The translations under genes and the position numbers were made by a program. The notes under the pieces are model-generated. The model made no database searches. It saw only the letters and a program-made list of their open reading frames with translations, and had not been told where the DNA came from. A stretch of DNA of 64,000 nt from Ignavibacteriota bacterium (GTDB taxonomy: Bacteria; Bacteroidota; Ignavibacteria; UBA10030; CAVZMI01): positions 1 through 64,000 of the forward strand of contig CAVZMI010000006.1 in NCBI GenBank assembly GCA_963776275.1, given 5' to 3'. Shown here piece after piece: positions 53,114 to 62,764 of this stretch (positions within the stretch are counted from its first letter, which is position 1; every line of letters begins with the position of its first letter).

Positions 53114-53200
53114 GTAGGACGGGCAGTCTGCCCGTCCTACAAGATTCTTCTGGGCAACTTGGCCCGTGGTGAGTCAGATCGAACCACAAGTCGTCCTACA
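53114..53200. repeat. GTAG-type REP palindrome
   Basis: GTAGGACGGGCAGTCTGCCCGTCCTAC plus a second GTCCTAC end at ~53200. Confidence 0.75.
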
Positions 53201-53215
53201 CTTTTTCCTCCCCTT

Positions 53216-54478
53216 CTATTTCTGATCCGTTATGATCCGATGTTCCAGCATGTCAATCAGTTTCCTTGTGAAGGGCAGGTTCTGTATTCGAGTCCGTACT
53301 GCCTCGGGAATTGCCCACCAAATTCTGACAGTTAAACGATTTTTTTCCCCACCACCATTTTTTACAAATGGAACAATCGAATACCTTGTGGAAACATACA
53401 AGTGCTCTTTTGCCGCAGGATCAATCTTGGCGATTGGACACAAAATCCATCTCTGAACGGGCTTCAACGCTGCCCAAAATCTTGCGCGTTCCCAATAATC
53501 AAACTTGAAAAGTGACGCCCGTGTGCCTATTGTCGATCCGTTCGACTGTAGACATCGATATTCGTTTATTATCGAATCATAGACTGAAAGCAGATTGATA
53601 ACCGCGTCCTCAAGGTTAGCCTTTTTTCGAACCAGATTGCGAACCTTGATTGCATCTTCCGGATCATATCGGGCAATCTCAGGGAGGATATTCCGGGCTT
53701 CAAGCGGCTTCGTCAGGGCTTGAAATCCGAAATTCATCAGACGCAGCGTATCGAATTCCTCCGAAGTCACCATCGGGCCGATGCCGCTAAAATCACAGAG
53801 AATTACAGCAGCTCCTGTTGCCATCGATTCGATCGCCGCTTTGGCTTTGGCAAAAACGATGTCGTACTTCCCTAGAATCTTTTCCGGGTTTTGAACATAA
53901 TTCGTTTGCATACCGACCACATCGAGATCAATCCCGGCTTGAAGGCATGCTTCGCGAACAGCAGGCACGTGAGTGCGATCATTTGCGTAGTTGCTAAAAA
54001 CGAGAGCCTTTAAGGGTTTTTTAGGAAGAGGCGCACGAGGCATGAAGCGATGCGTATCAACAAAATTCGCTAGAAACGCTATTGTATTTTCCGGAACCCC
54101 GTCTTCCTTCATCCTTGCCATACATTCGAGACTTACTCCCATATATAGAAGGATATGCGGATGAAATGGAGCTCTGTCTCCCCAGAAGGTGTGATTATGA
54201 CAGACAAAGAGTGCAGGAGTTGTTCGAAACTGTTTCATCGCAATCAAGGTGGAAACGCGATGCTGTCCATGAATAATATCCGGTTGGAATTCTATTTGTG
54301 CAGGATTATCCGTAACGGGAATACCTGCTGCAACGAGTCCCTGTGCAATTTTCCCTTTCCTGATAGTGTAGATCTCGGGAGTGTAACCCCGCCGTTTCAA
54401 CTCGAGTACTACATCTCGTGTATAAAGGGGCACCCCGCTGTATGTTTCCAACTCAAGCGTCGTTAAGAGTATCTTCAT
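53216..54478 (-). CDS. Glycosyltransferase, GT-B/GT4-like
   Basis: MKILL..SG...Y..D...EL..RG, PDIIHGQH, NFVD..RF, AIESMATG. Confidence 0.8.
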   Translation of the reverse strand: MKILLTTLELETYSGVPLYTRDVVLELKRRGYTPEIYTIRKGKIAQGLVAAGIPVTDNPAQIEFQPDIIHGQHRVSTLIAMKQFRTTPALFVCHNHTFWGDRAPFHPHILLYMGVSLECMARMKEDGVPENTIAFLANFVDTHRFMPRAPLPKKPLKALVFSNYANDRTHVPAVREACLQAGIDLDVVGMQTNYVQNPEKILGKYDIVFAKAKAAIESMATGAAVILCDFSGIGPMVTSEEFDTLRLMNFGFQALTKPLEARNILPEIARYDPEDAIKVRNLVRKKANLEDAVINLLSVYDSIINEYRCLQSNGSTIGTRASLFKFDYWERARFWAALKPVQRWILCPIAKIDPAAKEHLYVSTRYSIVPFVKNGGGEKNRLTVRIWWAIPEAVRTRIQNLPFTRKLIDMLEHRIITDQK

Positions 54479-54939
54479 GGTATTGGATATTTTTCCGACA
54501 AACTATTAATGAGTCTTCTGCCTTCAGATGATTTCCTCGGGTTGAAATAGGTTTTCCCACACTCCGATCTTTGATATTTCGTGCAGGCGTATTGAGAGGA
54601 TGTTCCGTGATCGACCAACCCTTCTTCTTTTCTGGCAACTCAACGATTTTGTAACATGTCAGTATTTGATCTGGTATCGCGTAGCGATGCTATGCCCTGT
54701 AATTTTATTAGGAACTAAAAGTTCTCGGGGCACTCGTGTGTGAAATTTACAGTGACAGATTCATAAATGCAAGTGTCATGGATTTTATTGCGATACAAAT
54801 ATACACTTTTCAGAAATGCCAGCAAATTCCATTATCGATACTTCAAGAACAAGAAGTGAAGTTATTCATAGGAACTTTTTCTCCCGCCGAGCGTCCACAA
54901 AGTAGAAGGATGATGACAACAACTTTTTCGGTGTCTGGT

Positions 54940-55435
54940 GTAGGATACGAGAACCGTCTTCTGAATCCTGAAGATTTTAAGGATGATAAAAAGGATGCGG
55001 GCGAAATGGGAGCCGGTCACACCGTAACCGTATTGTAAGAAATCATACCGGTCGGAGTTGAAAGTCCTTTCGTGAAAAAAGTGGACTCTCTTAAATATCA
55101 ACAGCAAAAGCTCGTATCGTCCGGTGACGAGATCGCAACAATAAAATCTCGTTACAAGAAACCCGACGGAGAAAAAAGCATCGAGATGATCCAGCCGATC
55201 CCGAACCGGGAAAAAGAGTTTCAGGCTGTCTCTTCAAAATACCCGGTTCGCCGCGGCCGTTGCGATGTTCGGAATGGTCTTACGGGACTCGAAATTCAAG
55301 GGAATAAGCTCGTTTGATGACGTTATTACTATCGCAAAGGGTGCTCGTGGTGAAGATCCGGAAGAATATCGCGCTGAATTTATTCGTCTTGTAAAAACTG
55401 TCAAGGATCTTCCTCTGGCGAAGGAAAAGGATTGA
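54940..55435 (+). pseudogene. 3' remnant of YfbK-type vWA protein (DUF3520 region)
   Basis: [28 protein letters not shown], in-frame TAA, frameshift ~55240, then FAAAVAMFGMVLRDS..YRAEFIRLV; no N-terminal vWA part. Confidence 0.8.
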
Positions 55436-55488
55436 AACAGCTGTTTCGTGAAAAGACCCGGATTTTTCAATTCCATAGAAGTGGTATT

Positions 55489-55528
55489 ACCGTCCCGCCC
55501 TGCGTCTCTTGGCGGGGCGGTTTTTTTT
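55489..55528 (+). terminator. Intrinsic terminator
   Basis: ACCGTCCCGCC-loop-GGCGGGGCGG followed by T8. Confidence 0.85.
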
Positions 55529-55537
55529 ATGAGTTCC

Positions 55538-55566
55538 TTGCATTCCTTCGATTGATAGTATATCTT
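55538..55566 (+). promoter_or_regulatory. Sigma70-type promoter of mutS
   Basis: TTGCAT-N17-TATCTT, 8 nt before the ATG. Confidence 0.55.
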
Positions 55567-55574
55567 TTATTACT

Positions 55575-58173
55575 ATGTCGACTCCATTAATGAAACAATA
55601 CGCCCAGGTGAAGGCAAAGTATCCGGATACGATACTACTCTTCCGTATGGGCGATTTTTTCGAGACATTCGATGAGGATGCCAAGACAACATCGAAAGGT
55701 CCTGGGAATAACCCTGACTCGCCGGGGCAACGGCGCCGCCGGCGAAGTTCCCCTGGCCGGATTTCCCCATCATGCCCTCGAAACATATCTGCCTAAACTG
55801 CTTAAAGCCGGATACCGTGTGGCTGTTTGCGAACAGCTCGAAGACCCGAAATTCGCCAAAGGGATCGTCAAACGGGATGTCATCGAGGTCGTGACTCCCG
55901 GTGTGGCTTTTTCAGATAAGGTACTCGATCAGAAGCAGAATAATTATCTTGCGGCCATAGCCCTTCCTTCTCCCCTGGCAACGGGAAATGATATTGTCGG
56001 ATTTGCTTTCACCGATGTATCGACAGGAGAATTCGGCGTAATGGAATTCCCGCTTCACCAGCTCAAGGAACAGCTTTCAACAATTTCACCGGCTGAGCTG
56101 CTTGTCCAGAAACGCGACATTGACGCAGTCAGGCAACTTACCGGTTCCATATTTCAAGGCCTCTTTTCTAAAGTCGACGACTGGATTTATACATTCGATT
56201 ATGCTTACGAGCTGCTGATTACACATTTTAAAACCCATTCGCTTAAAGGTTTTGGATGCGAGGTATTTCATACAGGAATCATTGCTGCCGGCGCAATCAT
56301 GAATTACCTGCAGGAGACACAGAAGGCAAACCTCCTGCATATTAAAAAACTTACCCCGCATGACATCAGCGATTATATTGTCCTCGATGCATCCACAAAA
56401 CGGAATCTCGAAATTACTTCTTCCATTGCCGGGACAAACGACGGCACCCTCTTCAGCGTCATCGATCGAACTCAAACTCCGATGGGAAGCCGGATGCTGA
56501 AACAATGGATCAACCGGCCGTTAAAAAAGCTTGGGCCGTTGCGCGAACGGCTCGCTGCCGTTGACGAGCTCGTTCATCATAACGATATCCGGAAATTGCT
56601 GGCCGAAATTCTTGCGCCAATCGGTGATCTGGAACGGCTCATAGCCCGTATCTGTACAAATCGTGCCACTCCACGCGAGATGAACGCCCTTAAAGCTATT
56701 CTTGCAACCATCCATGAACTTAAGAGCGCGATGACGAAGGTGGCATCTCCCACACTTGCGGCTATTCGTGACGGACTTCAGGAGCTCAACGATATTGTCG
56801 ATCTTATAAGCCGCGCAATCAGCAATGATCCACCGGCTGTACTTGCCGATGGAGGCGTCATCCGATCCGGATACAACGCCGAACTTGACGATCTGCGTAC
56901 ACTTACGCACAGCGGGAAAGAATGGATCGCAAACCTACAGCGCCAGGAGAAAGAGCGTACCGGAATATCATCGTTAAAAGTGGGATTCAATAATGTATTC
57001 GGCTACTACATAGAGATTACCAATGCACATAAGGATAAAGTACCGGCGGAATATATTCGCAAGCAGACCCTTACGAATGCCGAACGGTACATCACTCCGG
57101 ACTTGAAGGAATATGAAGAAAAAATTCTTCATGCTGAAGAAAAAACAGTTACTCTCGAAACCGAATTATTCAATCAGGTCCGCTCGACTGTTGCTGAGCA
57201 AGCAGGATTCATCCAGGAAGATGCGCGTTTTATTGCTGCCCTCGATTGTTATATTTCGATTGCGACGACAGCTGTTGAATATCGATACGTCATGCCCGAG
57301 CTTGACGAAGGATCGAGAATAGAAATCACCGAAGGCCGCCACCCTGTCATCGAACAGCTGCTTCCACCCGGTGAACGATATATTCCAAACGATACCCTGC
57401 TCGACACAGGCGATCAGCAGATCCTCATTATTACCGAACCGAACATGAGCGGGAAATCGAGTTACCTCCGCCAGGTCGGACTCATCTGCCTCCTCGCGCA
57501 GATTGGAAGCTTTGTCCCTGCGACAAAAGCACACCTTGGTATAGTCGACAAGATATTTACGCGTGTGGGTGCTTCGGATAACATTGCATCGGGTGAATCG
57601 ACGTTTTTGGTCGAGATGCACGAGGCAGCAAATATTGTAAACACTGCAACACCAAAAAGTCTGATACTTCTAGACGAAATCGGACGCGGGACAAGCACTT
57701 TCGACGGAATCAGCATTGCCTGGGCTCTCACAGAATATCTGCACCAGCATATCGGGGCAAAGACTCTTTTTGCTACACATTACCACGAGTTAAATGAATT
57801 GGCCGATCTTTTCCCGAGAATAAAAAATTATAAAGTCGAGGTACGGGAATACGGCGACAAAGTGGTGTTTCTACACAAAGTCACACCCGGTTTCGCCGAC
57901 CATTCGTACGGAATTCAGGTAGCACAGATGGCAGGACTTCCAGACGAAGTCACCGAACGCGCCAAGAAAATCCTGCGCAATCTTGAAGGCTCGGAGCTTA
58001 CGGCGCACGATAGCGCTAAAAAGCCGGGCCGTGTTCAACCGGAAGTGCAGATGACATTGTTCGAGATGAAGGACGACGCGTTACGAACGGAATTACAGGA
58101 CCTCGATCTTAATTCGCTTACACCACTCGAAGCGCTGCAGAAACTCGCCGAGTTGAAAAAGAAGTGCTCTTGA
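55575..58173 (+). CDS. mutS: DNA mismatch repair protein MutS; apparent frameshift ~55697
   Basis: [16 protein letters not shown], then [50 protein letters not shown]. Confidence 0.96.
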
Positions 58174-58273
58174 ATTATCAAACTTGACAAGGGGACATCT
58201 TGATAGTTATGTACCATCGATATAACCAGTCTTACCATACAGCTGGGTCACCGAGTTAATCCGCACTTTCATA

Positions 58274-58465
58274 TGCCATATCTAAGCCAAGGGCTTATGA
58301 GCCTATGGCTCAGAGGTGACCTCATAGAAATAATTGACTTGAAGCGGTGGTCTCGATACTTGCCCTGAGTCCGCCGGAGGCGGATCGAAGGGTGGCTGGT
58401 AAGAATGGTTCGACTCGTCCCGACAAAGTCGGGACTCGCTCACCACAAGCTCGGCCACCTGGCTA
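58274..58465. repeat. Nested REP-like palindrome mosaic
   Basis: 41-bp repeat copy 2; GCCCTGAG[TCCGCCGGAGGCGGA]TCGAAGGG; GGTTCGACT[CGTCCCGACAAAGTCGGGAC]TCGCTCACCAC. Confidence 0.7.
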
Positions 58466-58506
58466 TGACGAATTGTGATGTGTAAACTACCAGGGGAGCA
58501 TGACAA

Positions 58507-58929
58507 ATGAATACATTCCACATCCGAGAAATGACCATCGCCGATTTCGACTCGATGATCGAGCTTTGGAAACGAACGCCTGGGATCGGACTGAGCGACG
58601 CGGATTCAAAGGAGAATATCAATACATTCCTCGAAAGAAATACGAAGTTGAGTCTTGTTTGCGAAATCAATCAAAAAATCATCGGAACAGTGCTATGCGG
58701 CCACGACGGCCGCCGCGGATACATCTATCATTTAGCCGTGGACGATGCATTCCGGAAAAAAGGAATCGGGAAAGAACTTGTTGAGCAATCACTTGTGAAA
58801 TTACGGCAACAGGGTATTTCGAAGTGCCATTTATTTCTATACAACGACAATGAAGATGCAATGCAGTTTTATGAAAAAACCGGATGGAAAAGACGTTATG
58901 ATCTTTTGATCTATTCGAAAGATACATAA
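58507..58929 (+). CDS. GNAT N-acetyltransferase (YpeA-like)
   Basis: GHDGRRGYIYHLAV..RKKGIG..N..A..FYEK.G. Confidence 0.92.
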   Translation: MNTFHIREMTIADFDSMIELWKRTPGIGLSDADSKENINTFLERNTKLSLVCEINQKIIGTVLCGHDGRRGYIYHLAVDDAFRKKGIGKELVEQSLVKLRQQGISKCHLFLYNDNEDAMQFYEKTGWKRRYDLLIYSKDT

Positions 58930-59141
58930 CCAACGGTTGGACAATATATTATTGAGAAGAAGAATCCACAACTCTTCTTCTTTTCAGATTACTTCGATAG
59001 ACTTCACTTCTCTCGTTGGCTGTTGTGGAAAACACAAAGTGCACAAAGTACCGTTGATAAAGCAATTAATGAGGACACAAAGAAGAATTTCAGTCTTCTT
59101 CTTCATTGAGTATAATTCAGATATCCGACTCTATCATCATA

Positions 59142-60083
59142 ATGAATATCTCTGACAATATTCTTTCCTGGCTTCTCTCCGGCGATCCCGCAATACGCTG
59201 GCAGACACTACGGGATCTCATTCATGCCAAACCATCGATAACAGAGCGAGAAAGACAGAAGACAATGACCGAAGGATGGGGCGCGCGGCTTCTGGCACAC
59301 CATCAGGCATCGGGAATGTGGGCCGGGGGACTCTATACGCCGAAATGGATATCCACAACTTATACCCTTCTCCTCTTACGCTCGATCGGTCTCCCCGCCG
59401 GCGATCCGCGGATTATAAAATCCTGTATATTACTCCTGGATAACGGGTTGTATAAAGACGGCGGAATTAATTTTCACTTCTCGATGAAATGCAGTGAAAC
59501 ATGCGCCACAGGGATGACTCTTGCAATTCTCTCGCATTTTCAAATCGATGATGAGCGGCTTGAAACCCTCGTCCGGTATTTATTCAGAGAACAAATGCCC
59601 GACGGCGGCTGGAACTGTAAGGCATATAGAGGAGCCACTCATAGCTCATTTCATACAACGATATCTGTGCTCGAAGGATTACACGACTACGAGAAACTGC
59701 AACGGCCGCTCTCGCATCAGGCAAAGAAATATCAGAAGCGGGCAATAGAATTTCTCCTGCGGCATCGGCTCTACAGGTCTCACAGGACAGGTGAGATCGC
59801 CGATCCGAAAATACTTCGGTTCTCCTTCCCTGCCCGGTGGCATTATGATGTGCTCCGGAGTCTCGATTTCTTCCAGGAAAGTAAAGTCAAGCATGACAAC
59901 CGGTTACACGATGCAATAGAACTAGTAAAAAAGAAAAGAACCGACGATGGACGATGGCTGCTTCAAGGTAAACATGCAGGTAAGACATTTTTTGAAATGG
60001 AAAAGGCAGGACAGCCAAGCCGGTGGAATACATTGCGGGCGTTACGGGTTCTACAGTGGTACAAGGGTGAAAATAATGATTAA
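59142..60083 (+). CDS. Conserved protein with prenyltransferase/squalene-cyclase-like repeats
   Basis: WLL.GDPAIRWQ, YTPKWIST, EQMPDGGWNC, RWHYDVLR, PSRWNTLRA. Confidence 0.7.
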   Translation: MNISDNILSWLLSGDPAIRWQTLRDLIHAKPSITERERQKTMTEGWGARLLAHHQASGMWAGGLYTPKWISTTYTLLLLRSIGLPAGDPRIIKSCILLLDNGLYKDGGINFHFSMKCSETCATGMTLAILSHFQIDDERLETLVRYLFREQMPDGGWNCKAYRGATHSSFHTTISVLEGLHDYEKLQRPLSHQAKKYQKRAIEFLLRHRLYRSHRTGEIADPKILRFSFPARWHYDVLRSLDFFQESKVKHDNRLHDAIELVKKKRTDDGRWLLQGKHAGKTFFEMEKAGQPSRWNTLRALRVLQWYKGENND

Positions 60084-60118
60084 ACCACTCCAAGATAGAA
60101 AAGGCTGCCTCTTTATAT

Positions 60119-61036
60119 TTACAAAATCTTCAGTCTCTTCAATTCTTCCTTCAGAGTAGCAATAATATGACGTGTCAGTTCAACATTATCCGTCCTGACA
60201 TGTCTTGATCTTAACCACACAATATTTTTCGGCTCACGGGCAGCATTAAAGAAAAGTTCCGTGTTGTACCGGGGGATCTGTTCATCGTTTTCTCCATTTA
60301 TCATCACCAGAGGGATCGGGGAAATTTTATCTGCATAGCGCATCGGTTCCAGCGGACGGAGAAGAAGTGCTCCGGCCGATCCTACAAATTCACTCATAGC
60401 CGGACCCTTATATCGTGCCACGTTGTGCCTGATCATTGTATGGAGTTCTCCCCCGCCATACACCATCGCAGCCACTGCCGCCCGGCGATCATGTGCTACA
60501 ATCGCCGGAACGAACGGGGCACCGAAACTGTACCCGAGAATCACAAGCTTTGAAGTATCTACATCCTTACGTTGAAATAGATAATCTGTTGCCAGCATAG
60601 CCGACGGAACCATGTCGAATAATGCCTGCCGCACGGCGGGAAGATCCCACAAGACCCTCCAGAATGTGTACGTTTCGCGCGGCTCGTACGGATAATCGAG
60701 AGCGAGGATTATAACGCTGTCGATATCCATCGCGTAATCAATAGCATATTTGCCGGTAGCTTTGCCCCCTAAAAGGAGAATAACCGGATACCGTTTCGTC
60801 GTATCGCGAGGAACCAGCAATCCGCATTCCACCTTGAAGCCATCTACGTTGCGAAGGGTGATCCAATACTTTCCAGCGACGGAATCGCTGCACTCGACAA
60901 CTTCTGCCAGCATGCCACGACGCGACTGAAAATATTCAGAGTAGTCCCTGAACGATAGATAAGCTACGAGAGTAAAGAGAATCAGGAGGAGAACAAGGAT
61001 TATTCCAACAATCAGCTTGAATGATAGTCGTTTCAT
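60119..61036 (-). CDS. Membrane-anchored alpha/beta hydrolase
   Basis: N-terminal TM; GYSFG nucleophile elbow; GENDEQIP; C-terminal His. Confidence 0.85.
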   Translation of the reverse strand: MKRLSFKLIVGIILVLLLILFTLVAYLSFRDYSEYFQSRRGMLAEVVECSDSVAGKYWITLRNVDGFKVECGLLVPRDTTKRYPVILLLGGKATGKYAIDYAMDIDSVIILALDYPYEPRETYTFWRVLWDLPAVRQALFDMVPSAMLATDYLFQRKDVDTSKLVILGYSFGAPFVPAIVAHDRRAAVAAMVYGGGELHTMIRHNVARYKGPAMSEFVGSAGALLLRPLEPMRYADKISPIPLVMINGENDEQIPRYNTELFFNAAREPKNIVWLRSRHVRTDNVELTRHIIATLKEELKRLKIL

Positions 61037-61234
61037 TGCAATGTGATAGGATGTCAACGGAAAGATACAACTAACATTGGAAAGGTACAAATTTGGAGAT
61101 AAACCATATTCTTAATTTAAAACAATTGCAGTGATTGCAATGAATGAACTATGATCAATAAAATTCGACTCTTGACATGAGATTATGTATATTTTAATAA
61201 ATAAACTTCGATAATCCCAAACATCAAAATTCTT

Positions 61235-61801
61235 ATGAACAGGGGCATTCTTTTCCTTATCATCTCGATCATCTGGGTAGCATCCGAAATCATTCTGGCA
61301 CGGCTGAAAAGGTCCGGCTCGTCCGATCCGGCACAGGATAAACATTCCTTGAGAATTCTCTGGATAACGATAGCTGTTTGTGTCAATATCGGGATCTTTT
61401 TGGGATTTTGGGGTAAAGGTTTTATCCGGGAGGGGAGTTTCACTATTTCGGTCACAGGGCTAGCTTTCATCATCATCGGATTGATCGTTCGATGGATTTC
61501 GATAATCTCGCTACGGAGGTTTTTTACCGTCGATATCAATATTGCACATGATCATCGACTGGTGACGAAAGGTATTTACCGGATCATCCGCCATCCGGCA
61601 TATTCCGGCAGTTTACTTTCTTTTCTAGGGTTAGGAATGGTCTTCTCGAGCTGGATTTCGGTTGCGGTGATTTTTATCCCTATTCTTCTAGCATTCCTTT
61701 ACAGGATCCGGGTTGAAGAGAAAGCACTCATCGCCCATTTTGGTGATGAGTACGTTCGGTATTCCATCTCAACCAAACGGTTGATCCCGAGAATCTATTG
61801 A
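61235..61801 (+). CDS. Isoprenylcysteine carboxyl methyltransferase family protein
   Basis: HRLVTKGIYRIIRHPAYSG..RIRVEEKAL...FGDEY. Confidence 0.92.
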   Translation: MNRGILFLIISIIWVASEIILARLKRSGSSDPAQDKHSLRILWITIAVCVNIGIFLGFWGKGFIREGSFTISVTGLAFIIIGLIVRWISIISLRRFFTVDINIAHDHRLVTKGIYRIIRHPAYSGSLLSFLGLGMVFSSWISVAVIFIPILLAFLYRIRVEEKALIAHFGDEYVRYSISTKRLIPRIY

Positions 61802-61812
61802 CAGATCTTTCT

Positions 61813-61962
61813 ATGGCTATTAAATATAATTCTATTGTTCCGTGGGGGCGGTCATTTGAAGAATACCGGCTGATGTTTCATCTGACTGCTGATGACCTCG
61901 ACCTCACGATCCTCGGTTGTGCCGATGGTCTTGCCAGTTTCAATGCCGAAATGTATAAAAGG
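61813..61962 (+). pseudogene. N-terminal fragment of a SAM-dependent methyltransferase
   Basis: VPWGRSFEEY..MF.L....ILGCADG.ASFNAE, ending after ~50 aa. Confidence 0.65.
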
Positions 61963-61975
61963 AGATTCGAACATA

Positions 61976-62312
61976 ATGGGAAAAAATCTAAAATTAGATA
62001 TACCACTGAACCTCGAAAACTTCACGACCGACGACTACCATGAGCTCTGGAATCATCTCGGTCCGATTGAAATCCGTATGATCGAAAAATGCGGAAAATG
62101 TAAACACGCTTTAGATGATGTATTTGTCTATCAGCATCCGTACGATAAACCGGCCGGAGTGTGTAACGCATTGCTCCACGTGCTCGATCTGTATACATGG
62201 AGAGTTGCGCTCGGATTTCCGTCATGGGAATCCGATAACAGAAAGCTGCCATCGCATCCACTGCCCGGCTAAAAAAGGAACAATCTGGGAAATGAAGAAA
62301 TTGGAGAGATAG
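61976..62312 (+). CDS. TIGR04076-like small Cys-containing protein; apparent frameshift ~62245
   Basis: AGGAG RBS; GKCKH..D.F..P.GVC..L..GFPSW..(R)IHCP..GTIWEMKK. Confidence 0.6.
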
Positions 62313-62340
62313 AGATTACGATGCCAATATGAAATTTAAA

Positions 62341-62460
62341 CTCTGTGTCCTCTGTGCTCGATAGAATTATAGATATCCTCTGTGGACTCCGTGGTTATAT
62401 TTTATCATTGATAAAAAGAAAAACACGGAGATCACAAAGGATCCACGGAGGACACAGAGT
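62341..62460. repeat. CTCTGTG../..CACAGAG palindromic repeat
   Basis: CTCTGTGTCCTCTGTG (62341) and CCTCTGTGGACTCCGTG pair with CACGGAG..CCACGGAGGACACAGAG. Confidence 0.7.
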
Positions 62461-62544
62461 ATATATTCCTTATGTTTTTTCAAAGAAAACGATTAGTAAT
62501 GGAACAGATTCTATATTATTATTGTTTTTAATAATAATAAGGAT

Positions 62545-62573
62545 TTGCAAAATTGAATTCTTTATTGTATATT
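62545..62573 (+). promoter_or_regulatory. Sigma70-type promoter of the leader-cysE-cysK unit
   Basis: TTGCAA-N17-TATATT; only 5 nt separate it from the sORF ATG at 62579. Confidence 0.65.
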
Positions 62574-62578
62574 TTATT

Positions 62579-62674
62579 ATGGTAATTTACAATCATAGTA
62601 TCTCTGCTCTTTCAATCGGATCTTTTCCGATATCCAATTCGTGTATCTTCTGCACCTGTAGCTGCTGTTGTTGA
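62579..62674 (+). CDS. Polycysteine leader peptide (31 aa), probably leaderless
   Basis: MVIYNHSISALSIGSFPISNSCIFCTCSCCC*; 6 Cys in the last 10 codons; 90 nt upstream of cysE. Confidence 0.75.
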   Translation: MVIYNHSISALSIGSFPISNSCIFCTCSCCC

Positions 62675-62704
62675 TCATGTAATCAACACAGCCCTTTTCT
62701 TTTT
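62664..62704 (+). terminator. Attenuator terminator overlapping the Cys codons and stop of the leader
   Basis: GCTGT(T)GTTGAT-CATGTA-ATCAACACAGC (11 bp, one bulge) followed by CCTTTTCTTTTT. Confidence 0.65.
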
Positions 62705-62764
62705 ACACTCTAATAGATTTTCACTATAGTTTATTCATATAAATTATTCTTAGGAATCAACGTC

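Noticed and set aside
54453-54638. 61-aa ORF upstream of the glycosyltransferase
   Set aside because: TTG start, no RBS and no recognisable family; possibly a gene remnant but unsupported.
27315-55796. Programmed frameshifting in rarA, lspA or mutS
   Set aside because: No slippery heptamer or stimulatory structure, and indels are scattered through many unrelated genes.
58923-59030. attC site after the GNAT gene (ACATAAC overlapping the stop)
   Set aside because: No complementary GTTRRRY right arm or L boxes within the expected distance.
62345-62578. 109-aa ORF 62345-62674 as a full gene
   Set aside because: The 5' part runs through a palindromic repeat and an AT-rich promoter. Only the 31 codons from ATG 62579 are credible.
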